NCBI RefSeq assembly: GCF_964355755.1
Contig: NW_027306095.1
Span: 310,001 to 374,000 of the forward strand
DNA from: Antedon mediterranea
Lineage: Eukaryota; Animalia; Echinodermata
Reading direction: 5' to 3'
DNA: 64,000 bases
Shown: positions 38,701 to 53,660 of the stretch, piece by piece
Layout of the letters: every line of letters starts with the position of its first letter
How positions within the stretch are numbered: position 1 is the stretch's first letter
Notes under the pieces: model-generated
Seen by the model: the letters and a program-made list of their open reading frames with translations, nothing else
Database searches by the model: none
What the model was told of the DNA's origin: nothing
Translations under genes and position numbers: made by a program

Positions 38701-41700
38701 TTTCATCGAAATGCACAAAATGGTCTAAAACGTGTTCAAATGCGATTTGAAGCTATTTTGTGATTTTAAGAATTTTGATATTTTTGTGTAATCAAGTTTC
38801 ATCGAATGCACAAACTGGTCTAAACCTCTCAAAATGCGATTTGAAGCTATTTTGTGCACTTTGATGTTTTTGTGTGAAAAGTTTCATCGAAATTCACAAA
38901 ATTGTCTAAAACGTCTCCAAATACAATATTAAGAAATTCTATGCACTTTGATGTTTTTGAGTGAAAAGTTTTTTTCGAAATGCACAAAATGGTCTAAAAC
39001 GTCTCCAAATGCGATTTGGAGCTCTTTTGTGCACTTTGATGTTTTGTGTAAAAAGTTTGCTATTTTGTGCACTTTAATGTTTTGTGTGAAAAGTTTTATC
39101 GAAATGCTCAAAATTGTCTAAAACGGTTTCAAATGTGATTTTAAGCACTTTGATATTTTTGTGTAATCAAGTTTTTTCGAAATGCACAACATGGTCTAAA
39201 ACGTCTCCAAATGCGATTTGAAGCTATTTTGTGCACTTTGATGTTTTTTTGTGAAAAATTTCATCGAAATGCACAAAATGGTCTAAAACGTCTCTAAATG
39301 CGATTTGAAGTTATTTTGTGCACTTTGATGTTTTGTGTGAAAAGTTTTATCGAAATGCTCAAAATTGTCTAAAACGGTTTCAAATGTGATTTTAAGCACT
39401 TTGATATTTTTGTGTAATCAAGTTTCATCGAAATGCACAAAATGGTCTAAAACGTCTGCAAATGCGATTTAAAGCTATTTTGTGCACTTTAATGTTTTGT
39501 GTGAAAAGTTTTATCGAAATTCTCAAAATGGTCTAAAACGGTTTCAAATGTGATTTTAAGCACTTTGATGTTTTTGTGTAATCAAGTTTCATCGAAATGC
39601 ACAAAATGGTTTAAAACGTCTGCAAATGCGATTTGAAGCTATTTTGTGCACTTTGATGTTTTTGTGTGAAAAGTTTCATCGAAATGCACAAAATTGTCTA
39701 AAACGTTTCCAAATACGATATTAAGCTATTGTATGCACTTTGATGTTTTTGAGTGAAAAGTTTTTTCGAAATGCACAAAATGGTCTAAAATGCGATTTGG
39801 AGCTCTTTTGTGCACTTTGATGTTTTGTGTTAAAAGTTTGCTATTTTGTGCACTTTAATGTTTTGTGTGAAAACTTTTATCGAAATGCTCAAAATTGTCT
39901 AAAACGGTTTCAAATGTGATTTTAATCACTTTGATATTTTTGTGTAATCAAGTTTTTTCGAAATGCACAATATGGTCTAAAACGTCTCCAAATGCGATTT
40001 GAAGCTATTTTGTGCACTTTGATGTTTTTGTGTGAAAAGTTTCATCGAAATGCACAAAATGGTCTAAAACGTCTCTAAATGCGATTTAAAGCTATTTTGT
40101 GCACTTTGATGTTTTTGTGTGAAAAGTTTCATCGAAATGCACAAAATGGTCTAAAACGTCTCTAAATGCGATTTGAAGCTATTTTGTGCACTTTGATGTT
40201 TTTTTGTGAAAAGTTTCATCGAAATGCACAAAATGGTCTAAAACGTCTCTAAATGCGATTTGAAGCTATTTTGTGCACTTTGTCGTTTTTGTGTGAAAAG
40301 TTTCATCGAAATGCTCAAAATGGTCTAAAACGTCTCCAAATGCGATTTGAAGCAATTTTGTGCAATTTGATGTTTTTGTGTGAAAAGTTTCATCGAAATG
40401 CACAAAATGGTCTAAAACGTCTGCAAATGCGATTTGAAGCTATTTTGTGCACTTTGATGTTTTTTTGTGAAAAGTTTCATCGAAATGCACAAAATTGTCT
40501 AAAACGTCTCTAAATGCGATTTGAAGTTATTTTGTGCACTTTGTCGTTTTTGTGTGAAAATTTCATCGAAATGCTCAAAATGGTCTAAAACGTCTCCAAA
40601 TGCGATTTGAAGCAATTTTGTGCACTTTGATGTTTTTGTGTGAAAAGTTTCATCGAAATGCACAAAATGGTCTAAAACGTCTGCAAATGCGATTTGAAGC
40701 TATTTTGTGCACTTTGTCGTTTTTGTGTGAAAAGTTTTTTCGAAATGCACAAAATGGTCTAAAACGTCTCCAATTGCGATTTGAAGTTATTTTGTGCACT
40801 TTGATTTTTTGTGTGAAAAGTTTTATCGAAATGCTCAAAATGGTCTAAAACGGTTTCAAATGTGATTTTAAGCACTTTGATATTTTTGTGTAATCAAGTT
40901 TCATCGAAATGCACAAAATGGTCTAAAACGTCTGCAAATGCGATTTAAAGCTATTTTGTGCACTTTAATGTTTTGTGTGAAAAGTTTTATCGAAATTCTC
41001 AAAATGGTCTAAAACGGTTTCAAATGTGATTTTAAGCACTTTGATGTTTTTGTGTAATCAAGTTTCATCGAAATGCACTAAAAGGTTTAAAACGTCTGCA
41101 AATGCGATTTGAAGCTATTTTGTGCACTTTGATGTTTTTGAGTGAAAAGTTTTTTCGAAATGCACAAAATGGTCTAAAACGTCTCCCAATGCGATTTGGA
41201 GCTCTTTTGTGCACTTTGATGTTTTGTGTAAAAAGTTTGCTATTTTGTGCACTTTAATGTTTTGTGTGAAAAGTTTTATCGAAATGCTCAAAATTGTCTA
41301 AAACGGTTTCAAATGTGATTTTAAGTACTTTGATATTTTTGTGTAATCAAGTTTTTTCGAAATGCACAACATGGTCTAAAACGTCTCCAAATGCGATTTG
41401 AAGCTATTTTGTGCACTTTGATGTTTTTGTGTGAAAAGTTTCATCGAAATACACAAAATGGTCTAAAACGTCTCTAAATGCGATTTGAAGCTATTTTGTG
41501 CACTTTTATGTTTTTGTGTGAAAAGTTTCATCGAAATGCACAAAATGGTCTAAAACGTCTCTAAATGCGATTTGAAGCTATTTTGTGCACTTTGATGTTT
41601 TTGTGTGAAAAGTTTCATCGAAATGCACAAAATTGTCTAAAACGTCTCCAAATACGATATTAAGCTATTGTATGCACTTTGTTGTTTTTGAGTGAAAAGT

Positions 41701-43005
41701 TTTTTCGAAATGCACAAAATTGTCTAAAACGTCCCCAAATGCGATTTTGAGCTCTTTTGTGCACTTTGATGTTTTGTGTAAAAAGTTTGCTATTTTGTGC
41801 ACTTTAATGTTTTGTGTGAAAAGTTTTATCGAAATGCTCAAAATTGTCTAAAACGGTTTCAAATGTGATTTTAAGCACTTTGATATTTTTGTGTAATCAA
41901 GTTTTTTCGAAATGCACAACATGGTCTAAAACGTCTCCAAATGCGATTTGAAGCTATTTTGTGCACTTTGATGTTTTTGTGTGAAAAGTTTCATCGAAAT
42001 GCACAAAATGGTCTAAAACGTCTCTAAATGCGATTTGAAGCTATTTTGTGCACTTTGTCGTTTTTGTGTGAAAAGTTTTTTCGAAATGCACAAAATGGTC
42101 TAAAACGTCTCCAATTGCGATTTGAAGTTATTTTGTGCACTTTGATGTTTTGTGTGAAAAGTTTTATCGAAATGCTCAAAATGGTCTAAAACGGTTTCAA
42201 ATGTGATTTTAAGCACTTTGATGTTTTTGTGTAATCAAGTTTCATCGAAATGCACAAAATGGTTTAAAACGTCTGCAAATGCGATTTGAAGCTATTTTGT
42301 GCACTTTGATGTTTTTGTGTGAAAAGTTTCATCGAAATGCACAAAATTGTCTAAAACGTCTCCAAATGCGATTTGAAGCTATTTTGTGCACTTTGATGTT
42401 TTTGTGTGAAAAGTTTCATCGAAATACACAAAATGGTCTAAAACGTCTCTAAATGCGATTTGAAGCTATTTTGTGCACTTTGATGTTTTTGTGTGAAAAG
42501 TTTCATCGAAATGCACAAAATGGTCTAAAACGTCTCTAAATGCGATTTGAAGCTATTTTGTGCACTTTGATGTTTTTGTGTGAAAAGTTTCATCGAAATG
42601 CACAAAATGGTCTAAAACGTCTCTAAATGCGATTTGAAGCTATTTTGTGCACTTTGATGTTTTTTTGTGAAAAGTTTTATCGAAATTCTCAAAATGGTCT
42701 AAAACGGTTTCAAATGTGATTTTAAGCACTTTTATGTTTTTGTGTAATCAAGTTTCATCGAAATGCACTAAATGGTTTAAAACGTCTGCAAATGCGATTT
42801 GAAGCTATTTTGTGCACTTTGATGTTTTTGTGTGAAAAGTTTCATCGAAATGCACAAAATTGTCTAAAACGTCTCCAAATACGATATTAAACTATTGTAT
42901 GCACTTTGATGTTTTTGAGTGAAAAGTTTTTTCGAAATGCACAAAATGGTCTAAAACGTCTCCAAATGCGATTTGGAGCTCTTTTGTGCACTTTGATGTT
43001 TTGTG
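27230..43005 (+). repeat. 7868-bp super-repeat x2 (2 x 2346 + 3176)
   Basis: ORFs 27693/35561 and 32732/40600. The private SNP GGTCTATAACG is at 29940 and 37808 (offset 7868). Confidence 0.9.
35100..40590 (+). repeat. 2346-bp higher-order repeat, second run (about 2.3 copies)
   Basis: ORFs 35561/37907/40253 and 36583/38929 are spaced 2346 apart. Confidence 0.9.
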
Positions 43006-46000
43006 TAAAAAGTTTGCTATTTTGTGCACTTTATTGTTTTGTGTGAAAAGTTTTATCGAAATGCTCTAAATGGTCTAAAACGGTTTCAAATGTGATTTTA
43101 AGCACTTTGATATTTTTGTGTAATCAAGTTTCATCGAAATGCACAAAATGGTCTAAAACGTCTGCAAATGCGATTTAAAGCTATTTTGTGCACTTTGATG
43201 TTTTTGTGTGAAAAGTTTCATCGAAATGCACAAAATGGTCTAAAACGTCTCTAAATGCGATTTGAAGCTATTTTGTGCACTTTGATGTTTTTGTGTGAAA
43301 AGTTTCATCGAAATGCACAAAATGGTCTAAAACGTCTCTAAATGCGATTTGAAGCTATTTTGTGCACTTTGATGTTTTTGTGTGAAAACTTTCATCAAAA
43401 TGCTCAAAATGGTCTAAAACGTCTCCAAATGCGATTTGAAGCTATTTTGTGCACTTTGTCGTTTTTGTGTGAAAAGTTTTTTCGAAATGCACAAAATGGT
43501 CTAAAACGTCTCCAAATGCGATTTGAAGCAATTTTGTGCACTTTGATGTTTTGTGTAATCCAGTTTCATCGAAATGTACAAAATTGTCAAAAACGTCTCT
43601 AAATGCGATTTGAAGCTATTTTGTGCACTTTGTCGTTTTTGTGTGAAAAGTTTTTTCGAAATGCACAAAATGGTCTAAAACGTCTCCAATTGCGATTTGA
43701 AGTTATTTTGTGCACTTTGATGTTTTGTGTGAAAAGTTTTATCGAAATGCTCAAAATGGTCTAAAACGGTTTCAAATGTGATTTTAAGCACTTTGATATT
43801 TTTGTATAATCAAGTTAAATCGAAATAGACAAAATGGTCTAAAACGTCTGCAAATGCGATTTAAAGCTATTTTGTGCACTTTAATGTTTTGTGTGAAAAG
43901 TTTTATCGAAATTCTCAAAATGGTCTAAAACGGTTTCAAATGTGATTTTAAGCACTTTGATGTTTTTGTGTAATCAAGTTTCATCGAAAAGCACAAAATG
44001 GTTTAAAACGTCTGAAGCTATTTTGTGCACTTTGATGTTTTTGTGTGAAAAGTTTCATCGAAATGCACAAAATTGTCTAAAACGTTTCCAAATACGATAT
44101 TAAGCTATTGTATGCACTTTGATGTTTTTGAGTGAAAAGTTTTTTCGAAATGCACAAAATGGTCTAAAACGTCTCCAAATGCGATTTGAAGCTATTTTGT
44201 GCACTTTGATGTTTTTTTCTGAAAAGTTTCATCGAAATGCACAAAATGGTCTAAAACGTCTCTAAATGCGATTTGAAGCTATTTTGTGCACTTTGATGTT
44301 TTTGTGTGAAAAGTTTCATCGAAATGCACAAAATGGTCTAAAACGTCTCTAAATGCGATTTGAAGTTATTTTGTGCACTTTGATGTTTTGTGTGAAAAGT
44401 TTTATCGAAATGCTCAAAATGGTCTAAAACGGTTTCAAATGTGATTTTAAGCACTTTGATATTTTTGTGTAATCAAGTTTCATCGAAATGCACAAAATGG
44501 TCTAAAACGTCTCCAAATGCGATTTGAAGCTATTTTGTGCACTTTGATGTTTTGTGTGAAAAGTTTTATCGAAATTCTCAAAATGGTCTAAAACGGTTTC
44601 AAATGTGATTTTAAGCACTTTTATGTTTTTGTGTAATCAAGTTTCATCGAAATGCACAAAATGGTTTAAAACGTCTGCAAATGCGATTTGAAGCTATTTT
44701 GTGCACTTTGATGTTTTTGTGTGAAAAGTTTCATCGAAATGCACAAAATTGTCTAAAACGTTTCCAAATACGATATTAAGCTATTGTATGCACTTTGATG
44801 TTTTTGAGTGAAAAGTTTTTTCGAAATGCACAAAATGGTCTAAAACGTCTCCAAATGCGATTTGGAGCTCTTTTGTGCACTTTGATGTTTTGTGTAAAAA
44901 GTTTGCTATTTTGTGCACTTTAATGTTTTGTGTGAAAAGTTTTATCGAAATGCTCAAAATTGTCTAAAACGGTTTCAAATGTGATTTTAAGCACTTTGAT
45001 ATTTTTGTGTAATCAAGTTTCATCGAAATGCACAAAATGGTCTAAAACGTCTGCAAATGCGATTTAAAGCTATTTTGTGCACTTTGATGTTTTTGTGTGA
45101 AAAGTTTCATCGAAATGCACAAAATGGTCTAAAACGTCTCTAAATGCGATTTGAAGCTATTTTGTGCACTTTGATGTTTTTTTCTGAAAAGTTTCATCGA
45201 AATGCACAAAATGGTCTAAAACGTCTCCAAATGCGATTTGAAGCTATTTTGTGCACTTTGATGTTTTTGTGTGAAAAGTTTATTCGAAATGCACAAAATG
45301 GTCTAAAACGTCTCCAAATGCGATTTGAAGTTATTTTGTGCACTTTGATGTTTTGTGTGAAAAGTTTTATCGAAATGCTCAAAATGGTCTAAAACGGTTT
45401 CAAATGTGATTTTAAGCACTTTGATATTTTTGTGTAATCAAGTTTCATCGAAATGCTCAAAATGGTCTAAAACGTCTCCAAATGCGATTTGAAGCTATTT
45501 TGTGCACTTTGATGTTTTTTTGTGAAAAGTTTCATCGAAATGCACAAAATGGTCTAAAACGTCTCTAAATGCGATTTGAAGCTATTTTGTGCACTTTGAT
45601 GTTTTTTTGTGAAAAGTTTCATCGAAATGCACAAAATGGTCTAAAACGTCTCTAAATGCGATTTGAAGCTATTTTGTGCACTTTGATGTTTTTTTGTGAA
45701 AAGTTTCATCGAAATGCACAAAATTGTCTAAAACGTCTCTAAATGCGATTTGAAGCTATTTTGTGCACTTTGTCGTTTTTGTGTGAAAAGTTTCATCGAA
45801 ATGCACAAAATGGTCTAAAACGTCTGCAAATGCGATTTGAAGCTATTTTGTGCACTTTGTCGTTTTTGTGTGAAAAGTTTTTTCGAAATGCACAAAATGG
45901 TCTAAAACGTCTCCAATTGCGATTTGAAGTTATTTTGTGCACTTTGATGTTTTGTGTGAAAAGTTTTATCGAAATGCTCAAAATGGTCTAAAACGGTTTC

Positions 46001-49000
46001 AAATGTGATTTTAAGCACTTTGATATTTTTGTGTAATCAAGTTTCATCGAAATGCACAAAATGGTCTAAAACGTCTGCAAATGCGATTTAAAGCTATTTT
46101 GTGCACTTTAATGTTTTGTGTGAAAAGTTTTATCGAAATTCTCAAAATGGTCTAAAACGGTTTCAAATGTGATTTTAAGCACTTTGATGTTTTTGTGTAA
46201 TCAAGTTTCATCGAAATGCACAAAATGGTTTAAAACGTCTGCAAATGCGATTTGAAGCTATTTTGTGCACTTTGATGTTTTTGTGTGAAAAGTTTCATCG
46301 AAATGCACAAAATTGTCTAAAACGTCTCCAAATACGATATTAAGCTATTTTGTGCACTTTAATGTTTTTGTGTGAAAAGTTTCATCGAAATGCACAAAAT
46401 GGTCTAAAACGTCTGCAAATGCGATTTGAAGCTATTTTGTGCACTTTGTCGTTTTTGTGTGAAAAGTTTCATCGAAATGCTCAAAATGGTCTAAAACGTC
46501 TCCAAATGCGATTTGAAGCAATTTTGTGCACTTTGATGTTTTTGTGTGAAAAGTTTCATCGAAATGCACAAAATGGTCTCTAAAACGTCTGCAAATGCGA
46601 TTTGAAGCTATTTTGTGCACTTTGTCGTTTTTGTGTGAAAAGTTTTTTCGAAATGCACAAAATGGTCTAAAACGTCTCCAAATGCGATTTGAAGCAATTT
46701 TGTGCACTTTGATGTTTTGTGTAATCCAGTTTCATCGAAATGTACAAAATTGTCTAAAACGTCTCTAAATGCGATTTGAAGCTATTTTGTGCACTTTGTC
46801 GTTTTTGTGTGAAAAGTTTTTTCGAAATGCACAAAATGGTCTAAAGCGTCTCCAATTGCGATTTGAAGTTATTTTGTGCACTTTGATGTTTTGTGTGAAA
46901 AGTTTTATCGAAATGCTCAAAATGGTCTAAAACGGTTTCAAATGTGATTTTAAGCACTTTGATATTTTTGTATAATCAAGTTAAATCGAAATGCACAAAA
47001 TGGTCTAAAACGTCTGCAAATGCGATTTAAAGCTATTTTGTGCACTTTAATGTTTTGTGTGAAAAGTTTTATCGAAATTCTCAAAATGGTCTAAAACGGT
47101 TTCAAATGTGATTTTAAGCACTTTGATGTTTTTGTGTAATCAAGTTTCATCGAAAAGCACAAAATGGTTTAAAACGTCTGCAAATGCGATTTGAAGCTAT
47201 TTTGTGCACTTTGATGTTTTTGTGTGAAAAGTTTCATCGAAATGCACAAAATTGTCTAAAACGTTTCCAAATACGATATTAAGCTATTGTATGCACTTTG
47301 ATATTTTTGAGTGAAAAGTTTTTTCGAAATGCACAAAATGGTCTAAAACGTCTCCAAATGCGATTTAAAGCTATTTTGTGCACTTTGATGTTTTTTTCTG
47401 AAAAGTTTCATCGAAATGCACAAAATGGTCTAAAACGTCTCTAAATGCGATTTGAAGCTATTTTGTGCACTTTGATGTTTTTGTGTGAAAAGTTTCATCG
47501 AAATGCACAAAATGGTCTAAAACGTCTCTAAATGCGATTTGAAGCTATTTTGTGCACTTTGATGTTTTTTTGTGAAAAGTTTCATCGAAATGCACAAAAT
47601 GGTCTAAAACGTCTCTAAATGCGATTTGAAGCTATTTCGTGCACTTTGTCGTTTTTGTGTGAAAAGTTTCATCGAAATGCACAAAATGGTCTAAAACGTC
47701 TCCAAATGCGATTTGAAGCAATTTTGTGCACTTTGATGTTTTTGTGTGAAAAGTTTCATCGAAATGCACAAAATGTTCTAAAACGTCTGCAAATGCGATT
47801 TGAAGCTATTTTGTGCACTTTGATGTTTTTTTGTGAAAAGTTTCATCGAAATGCACAAAATTGTCTAAAACGTCTCTAAATGCGATTTGAAGCTATTTTG
47901 TGCACTTTGATGTTTTTTTGTGAAAAGTTTCATCGAAATGCACAAAATGGTCTAAAACGTCTCTAAATGCGATTTGAAGCTATTTTGTGCACTTTGATGT
48001 TTTTTTGTGAAAAGTTTCATCGAAATGCACAAAATGGTCTAAAACGTCTCTAAATGCGATTTGAAGCTATTTTGTGCACTTTGTCGTTTTTGTGTGAAAA
48101 GTTTCATCGAAATGCTCAAAATGGTCTAAAACGTCTCCAAATGCGATTTGAAGCAATTTTGTGCACTTTGATGTTTTTGTGTGAAAAGTTTCATCGAAAT
48201 GCACAAAATGGTCTAAAACGTCTGCAAATGCGATTTGAAGCTATTTTGTGCACTTTGATGTTTTTTTGTGAAAAGTTTCATCGAAAGGCACAAAATTGTC
48301 TAAAACGTCTCTAAATGCGATTTGAAGCTATTTTGTGCACTTTGTCGTTTTTGTGTGAAAAGTTTCATCGAAATTCCCAAAATGGTCTAAAACATCTCCA
48401 AATGCGATTTGAAGCAATTTTGTGCACTTTGATGTTTTTGTGTGAAAAGTTTCATCGAAATGCACAAAATGGTCTAAAACGTCTGCAAATGCGATTTGAA
48501 GCTATTTTGTGCACTTTGTCGTTTTTGTGTGAAAAGTTTTTTCGAAATGCACAAAATGGTCTAAAACGTCTCCAAATGCGATTTGAAGCAATTTTGTGCA
48601 CTTTGATGTTTTGTGTAATCCAGTTTCATCGAAATGTACAAAATTGTCTAAAACGTCTCTAAATGCGATTTGAAGCTATTTTGTGCACTTTGTCGTTTTT
48701 GTGTGAAAAGTTTTTTAGAAATGCACAAAATGGTCTAAAACGTCTCCAAATGCGATTTGAAGCAATTTTGTGCACTTTGATGTTTTGTGTAATCCAGTTT
48801 CATCGAAATGTACAAAATTGTCTAAAACGTCTCTAAATGCGATTTGAAGCTATTTTGTGCACTTTGTCGTTTTTGTGTGAAAAGTTTTTTCGAAATGCAC
48901 AAAATGGTCTAAAACGTCTCCAATTGCGATTTGAAGTTATTTTGTGCACTTTGATGTTTTGTGTGAAAAGTTTTATCGAAATGCTCAAAATGGTCTAAAA

Positions 49001-52000
49001 CGGTTTCAAATGTGATTTTAAGCACTTTGATATTTTTGTGTAATCAAGTTTCATCGAAATTCACAAAATGGTCTAAAACGTCTGCAAATGCGATTTAAAG
49101 CTATTTTGTGCACTTTAATGTTTTGTGTGAAAAGTTTTATCGAAATTCTCAAAATGGTCTAAAACGGTTTCAAATGTGATTTTAAGCACTTTGATGTTTT
49201 TGTGTAATCAAGTTTCATCGAAATGCACAAAATGGTTTAAAACGTCTGCAAATGCGATTTGAAGCTATTTTGTGCACTTTGATGTTTTTGTGTGAAAAGT
49301 TTCATCGAAATGCACAAAATTGTCTAAAACGTCTCCAAATACGATATTAAGCTATTTTGTGCACTTTGATGTTTTTGTGTGAAAAGTTTCATCGAAATGC
49401 ACAAAATGGTCTAAAACGTCTGCAAATGCGATTTGAAGCTATTTTGTGCACTTTGTCGTTTTTGTGTGAAAAGTTTCATCGAAATGCTCAAAATGGTCTA
49501 AAACGTCTCCAAATGCGATTTGAAGCAATTTTGTGCACTTTGATGTTTTTGTGTGAAAAGTTTCATCGAAATGCACAAAATGGTCTCTAAAACGTCTGCA
49601 AATACGATTTGAAGCTATTTTGTGCACTTTGTCGTTTTTGTGTGAAAAGTTTTTTCGAAATGCACAAAATGGTCTAAAACGTCTCCAAATGCGATTTGAA
49701 GCAATTTTGTGCACTTTGATGTTTTGTGTAATCCATTTTCATCGAAATGTACAAAATTGTCTAAAACGTCTCTAAATGCGATTTGAAGCTATTTTGTGCA
49801 CTTTGTCGTTTTTGTGTGAAAAGTTTTTTCGAAATGCACAAAATGGTCTAAAACGTCTCCAATTGCGATTTGAAGTTATTTTGTGCACTTTGATGTTTTG
49901 TGTGAAAAGTTTTATCGAAATGCTCAAAATGGTCTAAAACGGTTTCAAATGTGATTTTAAGCACTTTGATATTTTTGTATAATCAAGTTAAATCGAAATG
50001 CACAAAATGGTCTAAAACGTCTGCAAATGCGATTTAAAGCTATTTTGTGCACTTTAATGTTTTGTGTGAAAAGTTTTATCGAAATTCTCAAAATGGTCTA
50101 AAACGGTTTCAAATGTGATTTTAAGCACTTTGATGTTTTTGTGTAATCAAGTTTCATCGAAATGCACTAAATGGTTTAAAACGTCTGCAAATGCGATTTG
50201 AAGCTATTTTGTGCACTTTGATGTTTTTGTGTGAAAAGTTTCATCGAAATGCACAAAATTGTCTAAAACGTCTCCAAATACGATATTAAGCTATTGTATG
50301 CACTTTGATGTTTTTGAGTGAAAAGTTTTTTCGAAATGCACAAAATGGTCTAAAACGTCTCCAAATGCGATTTGGAGCTCTTTTGTGCACTTTGATGTTT
50401 TGTGTAAAAAGTTTGCTATTTTGTGCACTTTAATGTTTTGTGTGAAAAGTTTTATCGAAATGCTCAAAATTGTCTAAAACGGTTTCAAATGTGATTTTAA
50501 GCACTTTGATATTTTTGTGTAATCAAGTTTTTTCGAAATGCACAACATGGTCTAAAACGTCTCCAAATGCGATTTGAAGCTATTTTGTGCACTTTGATGT
50601 TTTTGTGTGAAAAGTTTATTCGAAATGCACAAAATGGTCTAAAACGTCTCCAAATGCGATTTGAAGTTATTTTGTGCACTTTGATGTTTTGTGTGAAAAG
50701 TTTTATCGAAATGCTCAAAATGGTCTAAAACGGTTTCAAATGTGATTTTAAGCACTTTGATATTTTTGTGTAATCAAGTTTCATCGAAATGCTCAAAATG
50801 GTCTAAAACGTCTCCAAATGCGATTTGAAGCTATTTTGTGCACTTTGATGTTTTTTTGTGAAAAGTTTCATCGAAATGCACAAAATGGTCTAAAACGTCT
50901 CTAAATGCGATTTGAAGCTATTTTGTGCACTTTGATGTTTTTGTGTGAAAAGTTTCATCGAAATGCACAAAATGGTCTAAAACGTCTCTAAATGCGATTT
51001 GAAGCTATTTTGTGCACTTTGATGTTTTTTTGTGAAAAGTTTCATCGAAATGCACAAAATGGTCTAAAACGTCTCTAAATGCGATTTGAAGCTATTTTGT
51101 GCACTTTGATGTTTTTTTGTGAAAAGTTTCATCGAAATGCACAAAATTGTCTAAAACGTCTCTAAATGCGATTTGAAGCTATTTTGTGCACTTTGTCGTT
51201 TTTGTGTGAAAAGTTTCATCGAAATGCTCAAAATGGTCTAAAACGTCTCCAAATGCGATTTGAAGCAATTTTGTGCACTTTGATGTTTTTGTGTGAAAAG
51301 TTTCATCGAAATGCACAAAATGGTCTAAAACGTCTGCAAATGCGATTTGAAGCTATTTTGTGCACTTTGTCGTTTTTGTGTGAAAAGTTTTTTCGAAATG
51401 CACAAAATGGTCTAAAACGTCTCCAATTGCGATTTGAAGTTATTTTGTGCACTTTGATGTTTTGTGTGAAAAGTTTTATCGAAATGCTCAAAATGGTCTA
51501 AAACGGTTTCAAATGTGATTTTAAGCACTTTGATATTTTTGTGTAATCAAGTTTCATCGAAATGCACAAAATGGTCTAAAACGTCTGCAAATGCGATTTA
51601 AAGCTATTTTGTGCACTTTAATGTTTTGTGTGAAAAGTTTTATCGAAATTCTCAAAATGGTCTAAAACGGTTTCAAATGTGATTTTAAGCACTTTGATGT
51701 TTTTGTGTAATCAAGTTTCATCGAAATGCACAAAATGGTTTAAAACGTCTGCAAATGCGATTTGAAGCTATTTTGTGCACTTTGATGTTTTTGTGTGAAA
51801 AGTTTCATCGAAATGCACAAAATTGTCTAAAACGTCTCCAAATACGATATTAAGCTATTTTGTGCACTTTGATGTTTTTGTGTGAAAAGTTTCATCGAAA
51901 TGCACAAAATGGTCTAAAACGTCTGCAAATGCGATTTGAAGCTATTTTGTGCACTTTGTCGTTTTTGTGTGAAAAGTTTCATCGAAATGCTCAAAATGGT

Positions 52001-52109
52001 CTAAAACGTCTCCAAATGCGATTTGAAGCAATTTTGTGCACTTTGATGTTTTTGTGTGAAAAGTTTCATCGAAATGCACAAAATGGTCTCTAAAACGTCT
52101 GCAAATGCG

Positions 52110-53660
52110 ATTTGAAGCTATTTTGTGCACTTTGTCGTTTTTGTGTGAAAAGTTTTTTCGAAATGCACAAAATGGTCTAAAACGTCTCCAAATGCGATTT
52201 GAAGCAATTTTGTGCACTTTGATGTTTTGTGTAATCCAGTTTCATCGAAATGTACAAAATTGTCTAAAACGTCTCTAAATGCGATTTGAAGCTATTTTGT
52301 GCACTTTGTCGTTTTTGTGTGAAAAGTTTTTTCGAAATGCACAAAATGGTCTAAAACGTCTCCAATTGCGATTTGAAGTTATTTTGTGCACTTTGATGTT
52401 TTGTGTGAAAAGTTTTATCGAAATTCTCAAAATGGTCTAAAACGGTTTCAAATGTGATTTTAAGCACTTTGATATTTTTGTATAATCAAGTTAAATCGAA
52501 TTTGCACAAAATGGTCTAAAACGTCTGCAAATGCATTTTAAAGCTATTTTGTGCACTTTAATGTTTTGTGTGAAAAGTTTTATCGAAATTCTCAAAATGG
52601 TCTAAAACGGTTTCAAATGTGATTTTAGGCACTTTGATGTTTTTGTGTAATCAAGTTTCATCGAAAAGCACAAAATGGTTTAAAACGTCTCCAAATGCGA
52701 TTTGAAGCAATTTTGTGCACTTTGATGTTTTTGTGTGAAAAGTTTCATCGAAATGCACAAAATTGTCTAAAACGTTTCCAAATACGATATTAAGCTATTG
52801 TATGCACTTTGATATTTTTGTGTGAAAAGTTTTTTCGAAATGCACAAAATGGTCTAAAACGTCTCCAAATGCGATTTGAAGCAATTTTGTGCACTTTGAT
52901 GTTTTGTGTAATCCAGTTTCATCGAAATGTACAAAATTGTCTAAAACGTCTCTAAATGCGATTTGAAGCTATTTTGTGCACTTTGTCGTTTTTGTGTGAA
53001 AAGTTTTTTCGAAATGCACAAAATGGTCTAAAACGTCTCCAAATGCGATTTGAAGCAATTTTGTGCACTTTGATGTTTTGTGTAATCCAGTTTCATCGAA
53101 ATGTACAAAATTGTCTAAAACGTCTCTAAATGCGATTTGAAGCTATTTTGTGCACTTTGTCGTTTTTGTGTGAAAAGTTTTTTCGAAATGCACAAAATGG
53201 TCTAAAACGTCTCCAATTGCGATTTGAAGTTATTTTGTGCACTTTGATGTTTTGTGTGAAAAGTTTTATCGAAATTCTCAAAATGGTCTAAAACGGTTTC
53301 AAATGTGATTTTAAGCACTTTGATATTTTTGTATAATCAAGTTAAATCGAATTTGCACAAAATGGTCTAAAACGTCTGCAAATGCATTTTAAAGCTATTT
53401 TGTGCACTTTAATGTTTTGTGTGAAAAGTTTTATCGAAATTCTCAAAATGGTCTAAAACGGTTTCAAATGTGATTTTAGGCACTTTGATGTTTTTGTGTA
53501 ATCAAGTTTCATCGAAAAGCACAAAATGGTTTAAAACGTCTGCAAATGCGATTTGAAGCTATTTTGTGCACTTTGATGTTTTTGTGTGAAAAGTTTCATC
53601 GAAATGCACAAAATTGTCTAAAACGTTTCCAAATACGATATTAAGCTATTGTATGCACTT
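52110..53660 (+). repeat. Local duplication at offset 851 bp
   Basis: AATCGAATTTGCAC (52500/53351), ATGCATTTTAAAG and TTTTAGGCAC each occur twice, 851 bp apart. Confidence 0.8.
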
